Below are positions 41,651-50,589 of a stretch of DNA of 64,000 nucleotides, piece by piece (position 1 is the first letter of the stretch; each line of letters begins with the position of its first letter). This DNA is from Patescibacteria group bacterium (GTDB lineage: Bacteria; Patescibacteriota; Microgenomatia; UBA8517), in contig DATFUL010000001.1 in assembly GCA_035260845.1 (NCBI GenBank), positions 4,245 through 68,244 on the forward strand. Direction: 5' to 3'. The translations under genes were made by a program, and so were the position numbers. The notes under the pieces are model-generated. The model was not told the DNA's origin. It did not search any database and saw nothing but the letters and a program-made list of their open reading frames with translations.

Positions 41651-42703
41651 TTAGTGCGGATTAACTTGACTAATAAGTCCATATATGGGGGCGATAATTG
41701 ATATCATCATTCCACCAACCATTACCCCTATAACGACAAGCATGATTGGTTCCAAAAGAGCTGTTAGAGTCTTTAGAGTATTCGAAACTTGGTAATCAAA
41801 ATATTCAGAAATATCTTGTAAAGATTTATCCAAACTTCCCGTCCTTTCCCCAGTTTCTACAAGTTTTATCATGATTACTGGGATATAACCCTTGGCTATT
41901 CTTAATCCATCAGAAAAAGTCTTTCCACTTAAAATCATTTCTCTCGATTTTATTATTATTTTTTGTGTTTGAGTCCTGACAACAATATCACTTGTAAGAT
42001 CAAGGGCGGCAATAATAGAAATTCCAGACGACAAAAGAAGATGTAAAGATCTGGAAAATCTAGTTAAATCAATAAGCTTCACAAGACCAGAAATTCCCGG
42101 CATTGAATAAAAAATATTTAAAACAAAATTCTTCTTTTTAGTAAATAGGAAAATGAAAAATAAAACTATTGCAGCAAGTGCAAACAGAAAAGTAAGTGTG
42201 TTATGAAGCATAAAATCAGATGCTGCTATTAATATCTTTGTGGGAAGTGGAAGCGGGACTCTTAAATTCTTAAATACCTGGGCAATTTTTGGAATTACAT
42301 AAATAAGTTGAACAAGGAGTACTAAAACGAAAACTGCAACTATAAAAATCGGGTAAACTAAGGCTGAACGCACTTTGTCGTTAAACTCATTTTGCTTTTG
42401 TAAATTTGCTTTTAAATCCTTAAGTGTAATATCAAGGGTGCCAGCTTCTTCACTTGCTTTAATAACGTTAACCGTAACTCGATCAAAAACATTTGAAAAT
42501 TTGGCTAAAGTGAAGTTTACCTGATGCCCCTGAGTCAAATCGTCTCTTAAGGTTTCCAAAACTTTTTTGTTTCCACCTTTACTATCCTCTAGAAGATTGT
42601 TGACAGCATCAAGTATTGGAATTCCGGCAGAGAGCATAGTAGACAAATTGCTTATTAAAGCAATTTTGTCGCCTTGTGATAATTTAACGTCTTTATCCTT
42701 CAT
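41651..42703 (-). CDS. pilC: Type IV pilus assembly platform protein PilC (GspF family)
   Basis: Two T2SSF-like repeats with 3 TM segments. 350 aa. Located immediately after the GspE ATPase gene. Confidence 0.75.
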   Translation of the reverse strand: MKDKDVKLSQGDKIALISNLSTMLSAGIPILDAVNNLLEDSKGGNKKVLETLRDDLTQGHQVNFTLAKFSNVFDRVTVNVIKASEEAGTLDITLKDLKANLQKQNEFNDKVRSALVYPIFIVAVFVLVLLVQLIYVIPKIAQVFKNLRVPLPLPTKILIAASDFMLHNTLTFLFALAAIVLFFIFLFTKKKNFVLNIFYSMPGISGLVKLIDLTRFSRSLHLLLSSGISIIAALDLTSDIVVRTQTQKIIIKSREMILSGKTFSDGLRIAKGYIPVIMIKLVETGERTGSLDKSLQDISEYFDYQVSNTLKTLTALLEPIMLVVIGVMVGGMMISIIAPIYGLISQVNPH

Positions 42704-42715
42704 AGTTTTATGCCG

Positions 42716-42767
42716 ATTCCACCTTCGTGACTCTTATCACGCACTTTCCACCTTCGTGACTCTTATC
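42716..42767. repeat. Tandem duplication of a 24-nt unit at the pilB stop / pilC start junction
   Basis: TTCCACCTTCGTGACTCTTATCAC occurs twice, 28 nt apart. Each copy contains the short hairpin GTGA-CTCTTA-TCAC and an SD-like GGTGGAA on the coding strand. Confidence 0.6.
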
Positions 42768-44425
42768 ACTTCCTCCATTGTGGTTACACCAGAGGCAACC
42801 TTCTCAAGTCCATCATCTAACATAGTTTTCATGCCTTCCGTAATTGCAGCCTGAGCAATAAGATCCGAGTCAGCTCTTTCAGAAATTAATTTCCTAATCC
42901 CCTTCGTTACATCTAGTACTTCAAAAAGACCAACACGACCAGTATAGCCTGTTTGTCTGCAAATTTTACACCCTTTTCCTTTATGGATAGTTAATTCAGG
43001 ATTATTGCCGAAATATTTTACAACCATACTTTGAGGAAAATGCTTTACTACTTCACTTGAAGATATTTTTTCTTCAGATTTACAAGATGGACAAATCTGC
43101 CTCACCAACCTTTGAGCAATAATTACGTTGACTGTTGAAGCTACTAAAAATGGCTCTACCTTCATGTCAGTCAGGCGTGGAATTGCGGTTGCGGCATCGT
43201 TTGTATGAAGAGTCGAAAGAACTAAATGGCCGGTTAGAGCAGCGTTAACAGCAATACCTGCCGTTTCGCTATCCCTAATCTCTCCTACAAAAATTACATT
43301 TGGATCCTGTCTAAGAATCGATCTTAATCCATTGGCAAAAGTTAAATTTGTTTTAGAGTTAACCTGAACCTGATTGGCACCTTGGATTCTATATTCAACA
43401 GGATCCTCGATAGTCATAATATTCTTTTCTCTGGTATTTAAAACCTTAAGAATGGCATAAATTGAGGTTGTTTTACCACTTCCGGTTGGCCCGGTTGATA
43501 AAATCATGCCAAAACTTCTACTAAAGGCTTTTGTGACTTTTTGAAGATCGGATGCATTCATTCCAAGATCGCTTAGTGTATATTCCCGTGAATGAGAAGA
43601 AAGAAGTCTTAAAACTGCTTTTTCTCCTTGAGTAACGGGTAAAATTGAAACACGAATGTCTAGATTTTCTTCTTCTAATTTTGCTGTCATTTTTCCATCC
43701 TGTGCACTCAAATGTTCATCTGTTCTTAAATTTGAAAGAACTTTAATTCTACTTATTATTCTGTCGTGTACTTCACGGGGAACGCGTAAAACATCCTGCA
43801 AAACACCGTCAATACGAAAACGAATCAATGAAGTTTTTTCCTCGGGCTCAATATGAATATCGCTAGCTCTATCGTGATAAGCAGCATTAATAAGCTCATC
43901 CACAACTTTGATAATCGGAAGGTCCCCTTTATATAAGGTCGCCTGTTTTACATATTCCTGTAAAAGTTCATCAATAGTCCTTTGGAGTGCCTTTTCGTAA
44001 AGCTGAATTGTTCCTTCAATTTCACTTTCGCTTGCATAGTACGGGATTACCTTTTGCCCGGTTTTTTTTGTGACCATATTTAGTATGGTTTTATTTGTGG
44101 GATCGTTAAGAGCCACTTTTATGCCTGTTGCATCTCTTGCAAATGCTATGGCTTTCTGACGCCTCGCAACTTTATCTGGAACAATATGCGCAACATCTTC
44201 AGTAATTGACTCTTTGGATAAAGTTATAAATGGAACGTTGTAATAACTGGCAATAACTGTCCCCAATTGATCTTCTGTAAGAACGCCACTTTCAACAAAT
44301 GAATTTACCAAATCCGAAGATCTGGTCTTAACTGCATAATTTTCGGCTTTGGCAATAGTAGCCGCATCAAGCAAGCCGCTTTTTTTGATCAACTCAATTA
44401 CTTTTCCACTAGGCAGTGAAGACAT
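42737..44425 (-). CDS. pilB: Type IV pilus assembly ATPase PilB (GspE family)
   Basis: Walker A LSTGPTGSGKTTS. GspE Asp/His boxes. C-terminal tetra-Cys (CPSCKSE...CKICRQTGYTGRVG). Confidence 0.85.
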   Translation of the reverse strand: MSSLPSGKVIELIKKSGLLDAATIAKAENYAVKTRSSDLVNSFVESGVLTEDQLGTVIASYYNVPFITLSKESITEDVAHIVPDKVARRQKAIAFARDATGIKVALNDPTNKTILNMVTKKTGQKVIPYYASESEIEGTIQLYEKALQRTIDELLQEYVKQATLYKGDLPIIKVVDELINAAYHDRASDIHIEPEEKTSLIRFRIDGVLQDVLRVPREVHDRIISRIKVLSNLRTDEHLSAQDGKMTAKLEEENLDIRVSILPVTQGEKAVLRLLSSHSREYTLSDLGMNASDLQKVTKAFSRSFGMILSTGPTGSGKTTSIYAILKVLNTREKNIMTIEDPVEYRIQGANQVQVNSKTNLTFANGLRSILRQDPNVIFVGEIRDSETAGIAVNAALTGHLVLSTLHTNDAATAIPRLTDMKVEPFLVASTVNVIIAQRLVRQICPSCKSEEKISSSEVVKHFPQSMVVKYFGNNPELTIHKGKGCKICRQTGYTGRVGLFEVLDVTKGIRKLISERADSDLIAQAAITEGMKTMLDDGLEKVASGVTTMEEVIRVTKVESA

Positions 44426-44483
44426 ACATAACTATTGTATAACAATTAAGACAAATTGGAGACTATTTAATTTGGTTTGAAAG

Positions 44484-44993
44484 TTAACTAAATATGGAAA
44501 GAACTTCGCTCTGATAATCGTCAGATATCCAAGATGGATGGCTCTTTAAGTATTTTTTGACTGTTCGAAAATGAATTAATTTAACCTTTTCCACTTCATC
44601 TGCCTCACTTTTTATCTGGTGGGTTTTGACATCCAATTTACAGTAAAAAATTCCACGATACTCACGAGACTTATGGTCTTTGTAAATTTTGATTAGGTTA
44701 AGATCACTTTTTTTAATCTTGAGTCCAGTCTCTTCTTCAACCTCACGTACGGCACCTGAGAAGTAGTCATCTCCCGGGCTCAAATGCCCCGAAACCGCAG
44801 CCTCCCACATTCCTGGAGACATATCCTTTTTAAGAGACCTTTGCTGACAAAGTACCTGATTTTTGGAGTTTATAATCCACACGTGTGCAGTACGCCTCCA
44901 GTGGCCTTTCTTAAAGACTTCGTGCCTGGGACGTGGTTGAATCGGGTTATCGTATTCATCGACAACACACAGTAGTTCGTCACTATTTACCAT
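44484..44993 (-). CDS. NUDIX hydrolase
   Basis: Nudix box GHLSPGDDYFSGAVREVEEETGL. Confidence 0.7.
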   Translation of the reverse strand: MVNSDELLCVVDEYDNPIQPRPRHEVFKKGHWRRTAHVWIINSKNQVLCQQRSLKKDMSPGMWEAAVSGHLSPGDDYFSGAVREVEEETGLKIKKSDLNLIKIYKDHKSREYRGIFYCKLDVKTHQIKSEADEVEKVKLIHFRTVKKYLKSHPSWISDDYQSEVLSIFS

Positions 44994-45146
44994 ATTTATA
45001 TTTATTTTTTGTAAAAATTCGGCAAGAGCCGAGGTTTTATTTAACTAAATCCTAGAGGTTTACTAGAAGAGAATTATCCTTAATTCTTCTTTATTCCTTT
45101 ATTATTTATATAAGGGAATATTACCATTTTTACAGATTTTTGTCAA

Positions 45147-45971
45147 TTATTTGAGGGTAGCGTCCACCGCTGGCTTCATTTGGTCAAAAGGTACAGCTCC
45201 CGGATAGCTAGTCGTATTTAGGAAAAATCCAGGTGTTCCTGAGATGCCTAAAGTTGCTGCCAAAGCTGTATTGTCAGCCAAAACGCTATCATATTTTCCA
45301 CTGTCCAAACAGCTCTTCATATCACTTGGGTTTATTACGCTTTTAAGAAAGTCTGCAATTTTACCTGACTGAGTTTTATCGTTTTTAACAGTGTTATTTA
45401 AGAGATTGTAGCCTGCATTGCTCATAATAAGGTCATGTGCTTCCCAGAACTTACCTTTTTCGTTAGCACAGTACAAAGCTTTTGCTCCCATTTCCCCGTT
45501 TCCGTGTCCAGGATAGTAAATGTAGGCAAAAGATGCCTTCCCTGCATCAACCAATTTCTTAAGTTCAGGGACAGGTGCTACGTAGCTAGCAGCTACTCCC
45601 ATTTGTGCATAAAGTTCTTTGTCGTGTCCCCCTGCAACATGGCACCAAGGGCAAGAAGGGTCTGCAACTTCAACAATAAGTAATTTTCTATTACTGTCAC
45701 CTATTTTAATTATGTTTTTGGTGAACAAATCCTTGATTTGTTCTAGGGTTACGGCTGGAGCAGCTGGAGCAGCTCCTGCAGTTGTAGTTGTTGCAACCCC
45801 TCCTTTTTCGAGTGTTGTAACTTTTTGCCACAAAACCCCAACCATAAATGCAAGCCCAATACTAAGAACCAAAAGAACCGGAACAACTTTTTCTATTAAA
45901 CTTGGTTTTGAAGGTTCCGCAATTAATTTTGCCATGTCAATAATTCTGCCCGAAATTACTTTAAAAGTCAA
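45147..45971 (-). CDS. Membrane-anchored DsbA-like thiol:disulfide oxidoreductase
   Basis: N-terminal TM helix. Thioredoxin-fold CxxC motif PSCPWCHV. Confidence 0.6.
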   Translation of the reverse strand: MTFKVISGRIIDMAKLIAEPSKPSLIEKVVPVLLVLSIGLAFMVGVLWQKVTTLEKGGVATTTTAGAAPAAPAVTLEQIKDLFTKNIIKIGDSNRKLLIVEVADPSCPWCHVAGGHDKELYAQMGVAASYVAPVPELKKLVDAGKASFAYIYYPGHGNGEMGAKALYCANEKGKFWEAHDLIMSNAGYNLLNNTVKNDKTQSGKIADFLKSVINPSDMKSCLDSGKYDSVLADNTALAATLGISGTPGFFLNTTSYPGAVPFDQMKPAVDATLK

Positions 45972-45974
45972 AGG

Positions 45975-46931
45975 CTATTTAGTTTCTTCTAGAAACTTTA
46001 GTGTATCCATCGCGGCCATACAACCAAACCCTGCTGCAGTTATAGCCTGTTTGTAATGAAAGTCTTCCACGTCCCCCGCAACAAAAATTCCTGGAATAGA
46101 AGCTTTAGTTCTGTCGTGTGAAATTACATATCCTTTATCATCGAGGGATATTTTTCCCTGAAAAATCATTGTAGAAGGAGTGTGGCCTATTGCTATAAAA
46201 AGTCCGTCAGCTGCAAAGTCTGAAGTTTCATTTGTACTATTATTTTTGAGTGTAATGGATTCAAGTCTAGCCTCACCCTTAACACCTACTACTTCAGTGT
46301 TCCAAAGAATTTTTATTTTGGGATTAGTCTTGACCTTTTCCTGCATAACAGCTGAAGCCTTAAATGCATCTCTTCTATGAATGATGGTTACTTCAGATGC
46401 ATATTTAGAAAGAACCAACGCTTCCTCCATTGCGCTATCCCCACCACCCACGACAGCGACTTTTTTATCTTTAAAAAATGGAGCGTCACAAGGAGCGCAT
46501 GAAGAAATACCGCGGCCAATCAATTCTTTGATTCCTGGTGCGTCAAGCCATCTTGTTTCGGCACCGGTTGCAACAATAATTGATTTTGCCGTATAGACTT
46601 CACCTGCAACTGTTATTTCGAAGGGGGTTTTAGAAGTGTCAATTGATTCAACGTTCTTTTGCAGAAATTCTGTTCCAAACATCCCCGCATGTTCGCGCAT
46701 TTTTGCCATCAAATCCGGTCCCAAAATCCCGGGATGGGCCGGAAAGTTGTCTACATTTGTAGTTAACATTAATTGGCCTCCCCAAACTTCACCGCCAAAA
46801 ACAATGGTTGAAGCAGCTCCTCGAGTCATATATATAGAAGCCGTAAGTCCTGCCGGCCCCGAGCCAATAATAGCAACATCCCAAGTCCCTTTAGGATTGT
46901 CTGGTCGCGGTGCAAAAATTTGTTGATCCAT
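45975..46931 (-). CDS. trxB: Thioredoxin-disulfide reductase
   Basis: FAD motif IIGSGPAGLTA. Redox-active CAPCDAPFF. NADPH motif VVGGGDSAMEEA. 318 aa. Confidence 0.85.
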   Translation of the reverse strand: MDQQIFAPRPDNPKGTWDVAIIGSGPAGLTASIYMTRGAASTIVFGGEVWGGQLMLTTNVDNFPAHPGILGPDLMAKMREHAGMFGTEFLQKNVESIDTSKTPFEITVAGEVYTAKSIIVATGAETRWLDAPGIKELIGRGISSCAPCDAPFFKDKKVAVVGGGDSAMEEALVLSKYASEVTIIHRRDAFKASAVMQEKVKTNPKIKILWNTEVVGVKGEARLESITLKNNSTNETSDFAADGLFIAIGHTPSTMIFQGKISLDDKGYVISHDRTKASIPGIFVAGDVEDFHYKQAITAAGFGCMAAMDTLKFLEETK

Positions 46932-47018
46932 GTTTATATTTATTTATACCTTATGGCAAAAGAAGAAAGAATTCTGACTAGGTCAGAACTCTTCTCCCTT
47001 ATCTAAATTCACACCTAA

Positions 47019-47264
47019 TTAAACAGTCGGTGCTGGTGGAGGTGTTGATCCTCCTGGCATATCTGTTCCTTCTGTTGGAGTCGGTGTTGCCATTGGCTGT
47101 TCGGTAGCAACTGGCATCTCAACCGGAGCGGATGGCTCTGGATTTACTTGTGCCGGTTCTTGAACTGGTGCTTGTGCCGGAGGTGTTGCAACGGGTGCTC
47201 CACCCATGGCTGTCGGATCAGTTACTTGTCCTGGATTTTGGTTATTTGTATCGTCTACTGGCAT
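47019..47264 (-). CDS. Pro/Ala/Thr-rich acidic small ORF starting at the ATG that immediately follows the thioredoxin stop codon (same frame)
   Basis: The coding strand reads ...KKGVI-TAA-ATG-PVDDTNNQNPGQVTDP.... 81 aa, low complexity. Confidence 0.3.
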   Translation of the reverse strand: MPVDDTNNQNPGQVTDPTAMGGAPVATPPAQAPVQEPAQVNPEPSAPVEMPVATEQPMATPTPTEGTDMPGGSTPPPAPTV

Positions 47265-47594
47265 TTAAATCACCCCCTTTTTGATTAACTCTTCAAAATT
47301 TTGTTTTCCTGCAAAGCCTACTTGGCGTCCTAGTTCCTTACCATCTTTAAAAAGGATTGTTGTGGGAATAGACATCACGCCATATTTTTGTGAATTTACA
47401 GGGTTTTGATCGACGTCAAGCTTGGCGATCAAAACTTTATCTTTATATTCATCAGAGAGTTCTTCAAGAACCGGTTCAGCAAGTTTGCAGGGTCCGCACC
47501 ATGTAGCCCAAAAATCAACCAAAATCGGAGTCTTACTCTGAAGAACTTGCGTATCAAAATCCTTATCTGAAATATTTATAGTTGCCATATGCAA
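47265..47594 (-). CDS. trxA: Thioredoxin
   Basis: WCGPCK active site. 109 aa. Confidence 0.85.
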   Translation of the reverse strand: MHMATINISDKDFDTQVLQSKTPILVDFWATWCGPCKLAEPVLEELSDEYKDKVLIAKLDVDQNPVNSQKYGVMSIPTTILFKDGKELGRQVGFAGKQNFEELIKKGVI

Positions 47595-47636
47595 AACTCA
47601 ATATACCTATCAACGAATTTTTAATCAAGAACTAAA

Positions 47637-48185
47637 TTAGTTTCCACAACTTTCACTCATACTTTCCGTGTTTTTAATATGATCAACTGTTACAGCTTGC
47701 AACAATAAGTTTTTACCAGGGTCCTGACTGGCCAAGCTTCGCTTATCTACTGTTCCTATAAAAATAACCAGGCTATCGTATGGCTTTATAGTTATATTTT
47801 GAATATCTGCTACTTCCTGATTATTAATAAATGCTGTTACTTTAGAATAATCGATCGGGTACTTGATATTTGTAAACAAATCTCCCCATTTAGAGTCTAA
47901 TCTATGAACATGAACAACATCCCCCACTCCGTCATGCAAATGTGCTTTTTCTAGTTGATTGTGCTCCGGAGTTTCTTCTTCCTTTTTACCGGGAACGGTA
48001 CACGGCTCTACATTCATATATTTAAGGTCACTAAAATCCACTTTCTTTCCATTGTCAAAAACGACAAAACCCGCATGGTAATGAATTTCTTCAGAAACAA
48101 CGGTTTTCTTAGATTTAAAATAGGCAAAGATTCCAATTGTTGCAATAATTATTATTAGAACTATATAAATAATTTTTTTCTTCAT
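47637..48185 (-). CDS. Hypothetical N-terminally anchored protein (182 aa)
   Basis: N-terminal TM. His-rich HLHDGVGDVVHVHRL. Confidence 0.35.
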   Translation of the reverse strand: MKKKIIYIVLIIIIATIGIFAYFKSKKTVVSEEIHYHAGFVVFDNGKKVDFSDLKYMNVEPCTVPGKKEEETPEHNQLEKAHLHDGVGDVVHVHRLDSKWGDLFTNIKYPIDYSKVTAFINNQEVADIQNITIKPYDSLVIFIGTVDKRSLASQDPGKNLLLQAVTVDHIKNTESMSESCGN

Positions 48186-48230
48186 TTTAGTTTTTAGTTA
48201 ACAACATTATATTTTAACATTGTGAGAGTA

Positions 48231-48764
48231 TTACACAAAAAGCCCAATTAAAACAACAATCGCCATCGAAACTATCCAATAAGTTTTACTTTGCTTAAAA
48301 TCCCATTTAAAAGGTAGGTTGGTAAACCAACTATCTATATTTTTTAGATTATCTAAATCAAGTAATTGGTCAACTGATAAATGAAATAAGAAAGAAAGAG
48401 CAAGTCCCATGCCAAAATAAGATCCTGATGAAGAAAGTATCCAAAAAGTTAACACAAAAAATATCGCCTGAAAAAGAATGGTATGGAATATAAGGCCATT
48501 CCTCTCTGCCCTTGTCTCATAAAGCAGATCGATACTCCTCATAAGTTCTTTTTTATTTAGTAAATAATTAATTCTCTGAGAAGACAGGTCTGTTGGTTTA
48601 ATAAAATAAACATAAATAAGGTGGTCCAGGTCAGGAAGAACTACACCTAGTAATCCCCCTAGCCAAAACAAAGTGTAGTTTAAAGCAAAATAATGTTTTA
48701 CGACCGCAACAAAAACAAATAAGGCAAACCAAAAACTAAAATGAAGAAATAATTCCCGCCGCAT
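48231..48764 (-). CDS. Integral membrane protein (possible membrane metal-dependent hydrolase family)
   Basis: 4-5 TM helices. GVVLPDLDHLIYVY motif. Confidence 0.35.
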   Translation of the reverse strand: MRRELFLHFSFWFALFVFVAVVKHYFALNYTLFWLGGLLGVVLPDLDHLIYVYFIKPTDLSSQRINYLLNKKELMRSIDLLYETRAERNGLIFHTILFQAIFFVLTFWILSSSGSYFGMGLALSFLFHLSVDQLLDLDNLKNIDSWFTNLPFKWDFKQSKTYWIVSMAIVVLIGLFV

Positions 48765-48767
48765 GCT

Positions 48768-49079
48768 TCATTGTACCCACAAACTACGATCTAAATCCAC
48801 ATGATTATCGTCCAAAAAGATAACCCCCTCTGCTTTGAGTCTCATTTTTTGCTCGTTGGGACCACCAAAAGCATAGCCAGGAGCCAATCTACCATCTTTA
48901 TTTACAACACGGTGGCATGGAACCTTTGATGAATCTGGGTTTGCATGCAGTGCAAATCCAACTTTTCTGGCATCTTTTGTACCCAGCGCTGCGGCGATAC
49001 CGCCGTAAGTCATAACCTTCCCCTCAGGGATTTTTTTAACCACTTCGTAGACTTGTTCAAATAAATTACTTTTTGGCAT
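48768..49079 (-). CDS. MGMT-family (O6-alkylguanine-DNA alkyltransferase C-terminal domain) protein
   Basis: Active-site-like PCHRVV motif and an HTH-like segment. The domain stands alone in 103 aa. Confidence 0.65.
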   Translation of the reverse strand: MPKSNLFEQVYEVVKKIPEGKVMTYGGIAAALGTKDARKVGFALHANPDSSKVPCHRVVNKDGRLAPGYAFGGPNEQKMRLKAEGVIFLDDNHVDLDRSLWVQ

Positions 49080-49350
49080 TCTTAAGTTCTTTTAACTTCC
49101 ACATGAATAGACGACCTTTAGATCTGGCATTCTCGGCATCTTTTACAAAACTGCGGGCTTTTTCGAGTAAAACTCTTGGAGTAGTTTTGGCTAACCTCAT
49201 ATAAAGCGATTTATGAGCCATGTCACCTAGTTCAACAGCCAAGTCGTAAGCGTAAAGTTGAAACTCACGGGAAACAGTTTTGTTTTTGTCGTCAAGTTTG
49301 TATTTATCTAAAATATTTCCAACTGAAGTTAATGTTTTTTTTGATTGCAT
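49066..49350 (-). CDS. Hypothetical protein (94 aa)
   Basis: ORF only. Overlaps the MGMT gene start by 14 nt. Confidence 0.3.
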   Translation of the reverse strand: MQSKKTLTSVGNILDKYKLDDKNKTVSREFQLYAYDLAVELGDMAHKSLYMRLAKTTPRVLLEKARSFVKDAENARSKGRLFMWKLKELKNAKK

Positions 49351-49649
49351 TTCTTGGCTGATTTTAGTCCAATTTGACGATCAGAAATAGTGGTAGTAAA
49401 CTTCAGGCATGCCAAGATTAATATATAGCGCAAACCCAAAACCAATTGTAATTGTTGAGTATGACCAAGAACCAAGGGGTTTGCGTGGATATATTTGGCC
49501 TAAAGGTGAATCACTTGAAGATCTTCGTTTTAATTCGACAATTAGACAAGTAGCAGAACAAAATAATTTAGAACCTGTTGAGGTAATTAAAAAGTTAGTT
49601 GAGGGCACCCCATTAAATTTTGATCCAAGTATTAGACTTAGAGTTTGAT

Positions 49650-50120
49650 CTATAAAACCTGCAATCTTCTAGAAATCTCCTTTATTACTTTTTCTAAAAT
49701 TTGCTTTTCTTCATCTGTGAAATTTTCCAAAGTATAAACCTCCCCCATTGGTTTAAAGTCCCTCGGCCTGTTATCTATTCCAATCCTAACTCGCCAGAAA
49801 TCTTTTGTTCCTAATTTATTTTCAATATCAAGAATTCCATTATGGTCTTTGGGCCCACGACCGAACTGAATTTTAAAACTCCCTAACGGAATGTCTAAGT
49901 CGTCGTGAATTATATATAAATCGGCCAAATCAACTTTTTGTTGATCCACCAACTTTTTAACAAAAGTTCCAGAATCATTCATAAATGTATCGGGCTTTTT
50001 TAAAACTAAGTCCTTTGGAAGTTTCTGATCGTGAAGTGCATCAATAACCATATAGCCAGCACTATGACGAGTCATTTCATACTCTTTACCTGGGTTTCCC
50101 AAGCCAACAAGAAATTTCAT
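49650..50120 (-). CDS. pth: Peptidyl-tRNA hydrolase
   Basis: N-terminus MKFLVGLGNPGKEYEMTRHSAGYMVID matches the Pth signature. A short 156-aa form. Confidence 0.75.
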   Translation of the reverse strand: MKFLVGLGNPGKEYEMTRHSAGYMVIDALHDQKLPKDLVLKKPDTFMNDSGTFVKKLVDQQKVDLADLYIIHDDLDIPLGSFKIQFGRGPKDHNGILDIENKLGTKDFWRVRIGIDNRPRDFKPMGEVYTLENFTDEEKQILEKVIKEISRRLQVL

Positions 50121-50180
50121 TGAAGTAATTCTAACACAGCCAACAAAAGAAAATAGTCATTATCAACTAGTTTCTAATGC

Positions 50181-50543
50181 TTACTTAACTTTCTTGAGTA
50201 AATTTTGAGCTATATTGCCAACAATTGGCACGCTCCACCTCTCTCCTTGCCAAGATTTATAAACATAAATTAGCCAGAGAACAAATCCCAAAAGCATTAA
50301 AAGACCGTTTATAAAAGCTACAAGTGGGGCGAGAACTATTGTGAATGCAAAAATCCCAATCCCCCAAAGAACCACAAAAAGTAGTGCTGAGGTAACAATG
50401 GATTGCATTGCCCAAAATCTAACAAACTCATCTTTTTCAATTAAGAGAAAAAGAACCGGAACAACCACTGTTGGTCCAAAAAGTGTGGCTATTGCAGCTG
50501 CTGTTTCCTTTTTAAGTCCTGTACCGTTTTTCATTACAATCAC
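50181..50543 (-). CDS. Small membrane protein (120 aa)
   Basis: Three predicted TM helices. Confidence 0.35.
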   Translation of the reverse strand: MIVMKNGTGLKKETAAAIATLFGPTVVVPVLFLLIEKDEFVRFWAMQSIVTSALLFVVLWGIGIFAFTIVLAPLVAFINGLLMLLGFVLWLIYVYKSWQGERWSVPIVGNIAQNLLKKVK

Positions 50544-50589
50544 CCGTCTTTCTTTTATAATCTTTTCATAAACAAGGTGTTAAGGTCAA

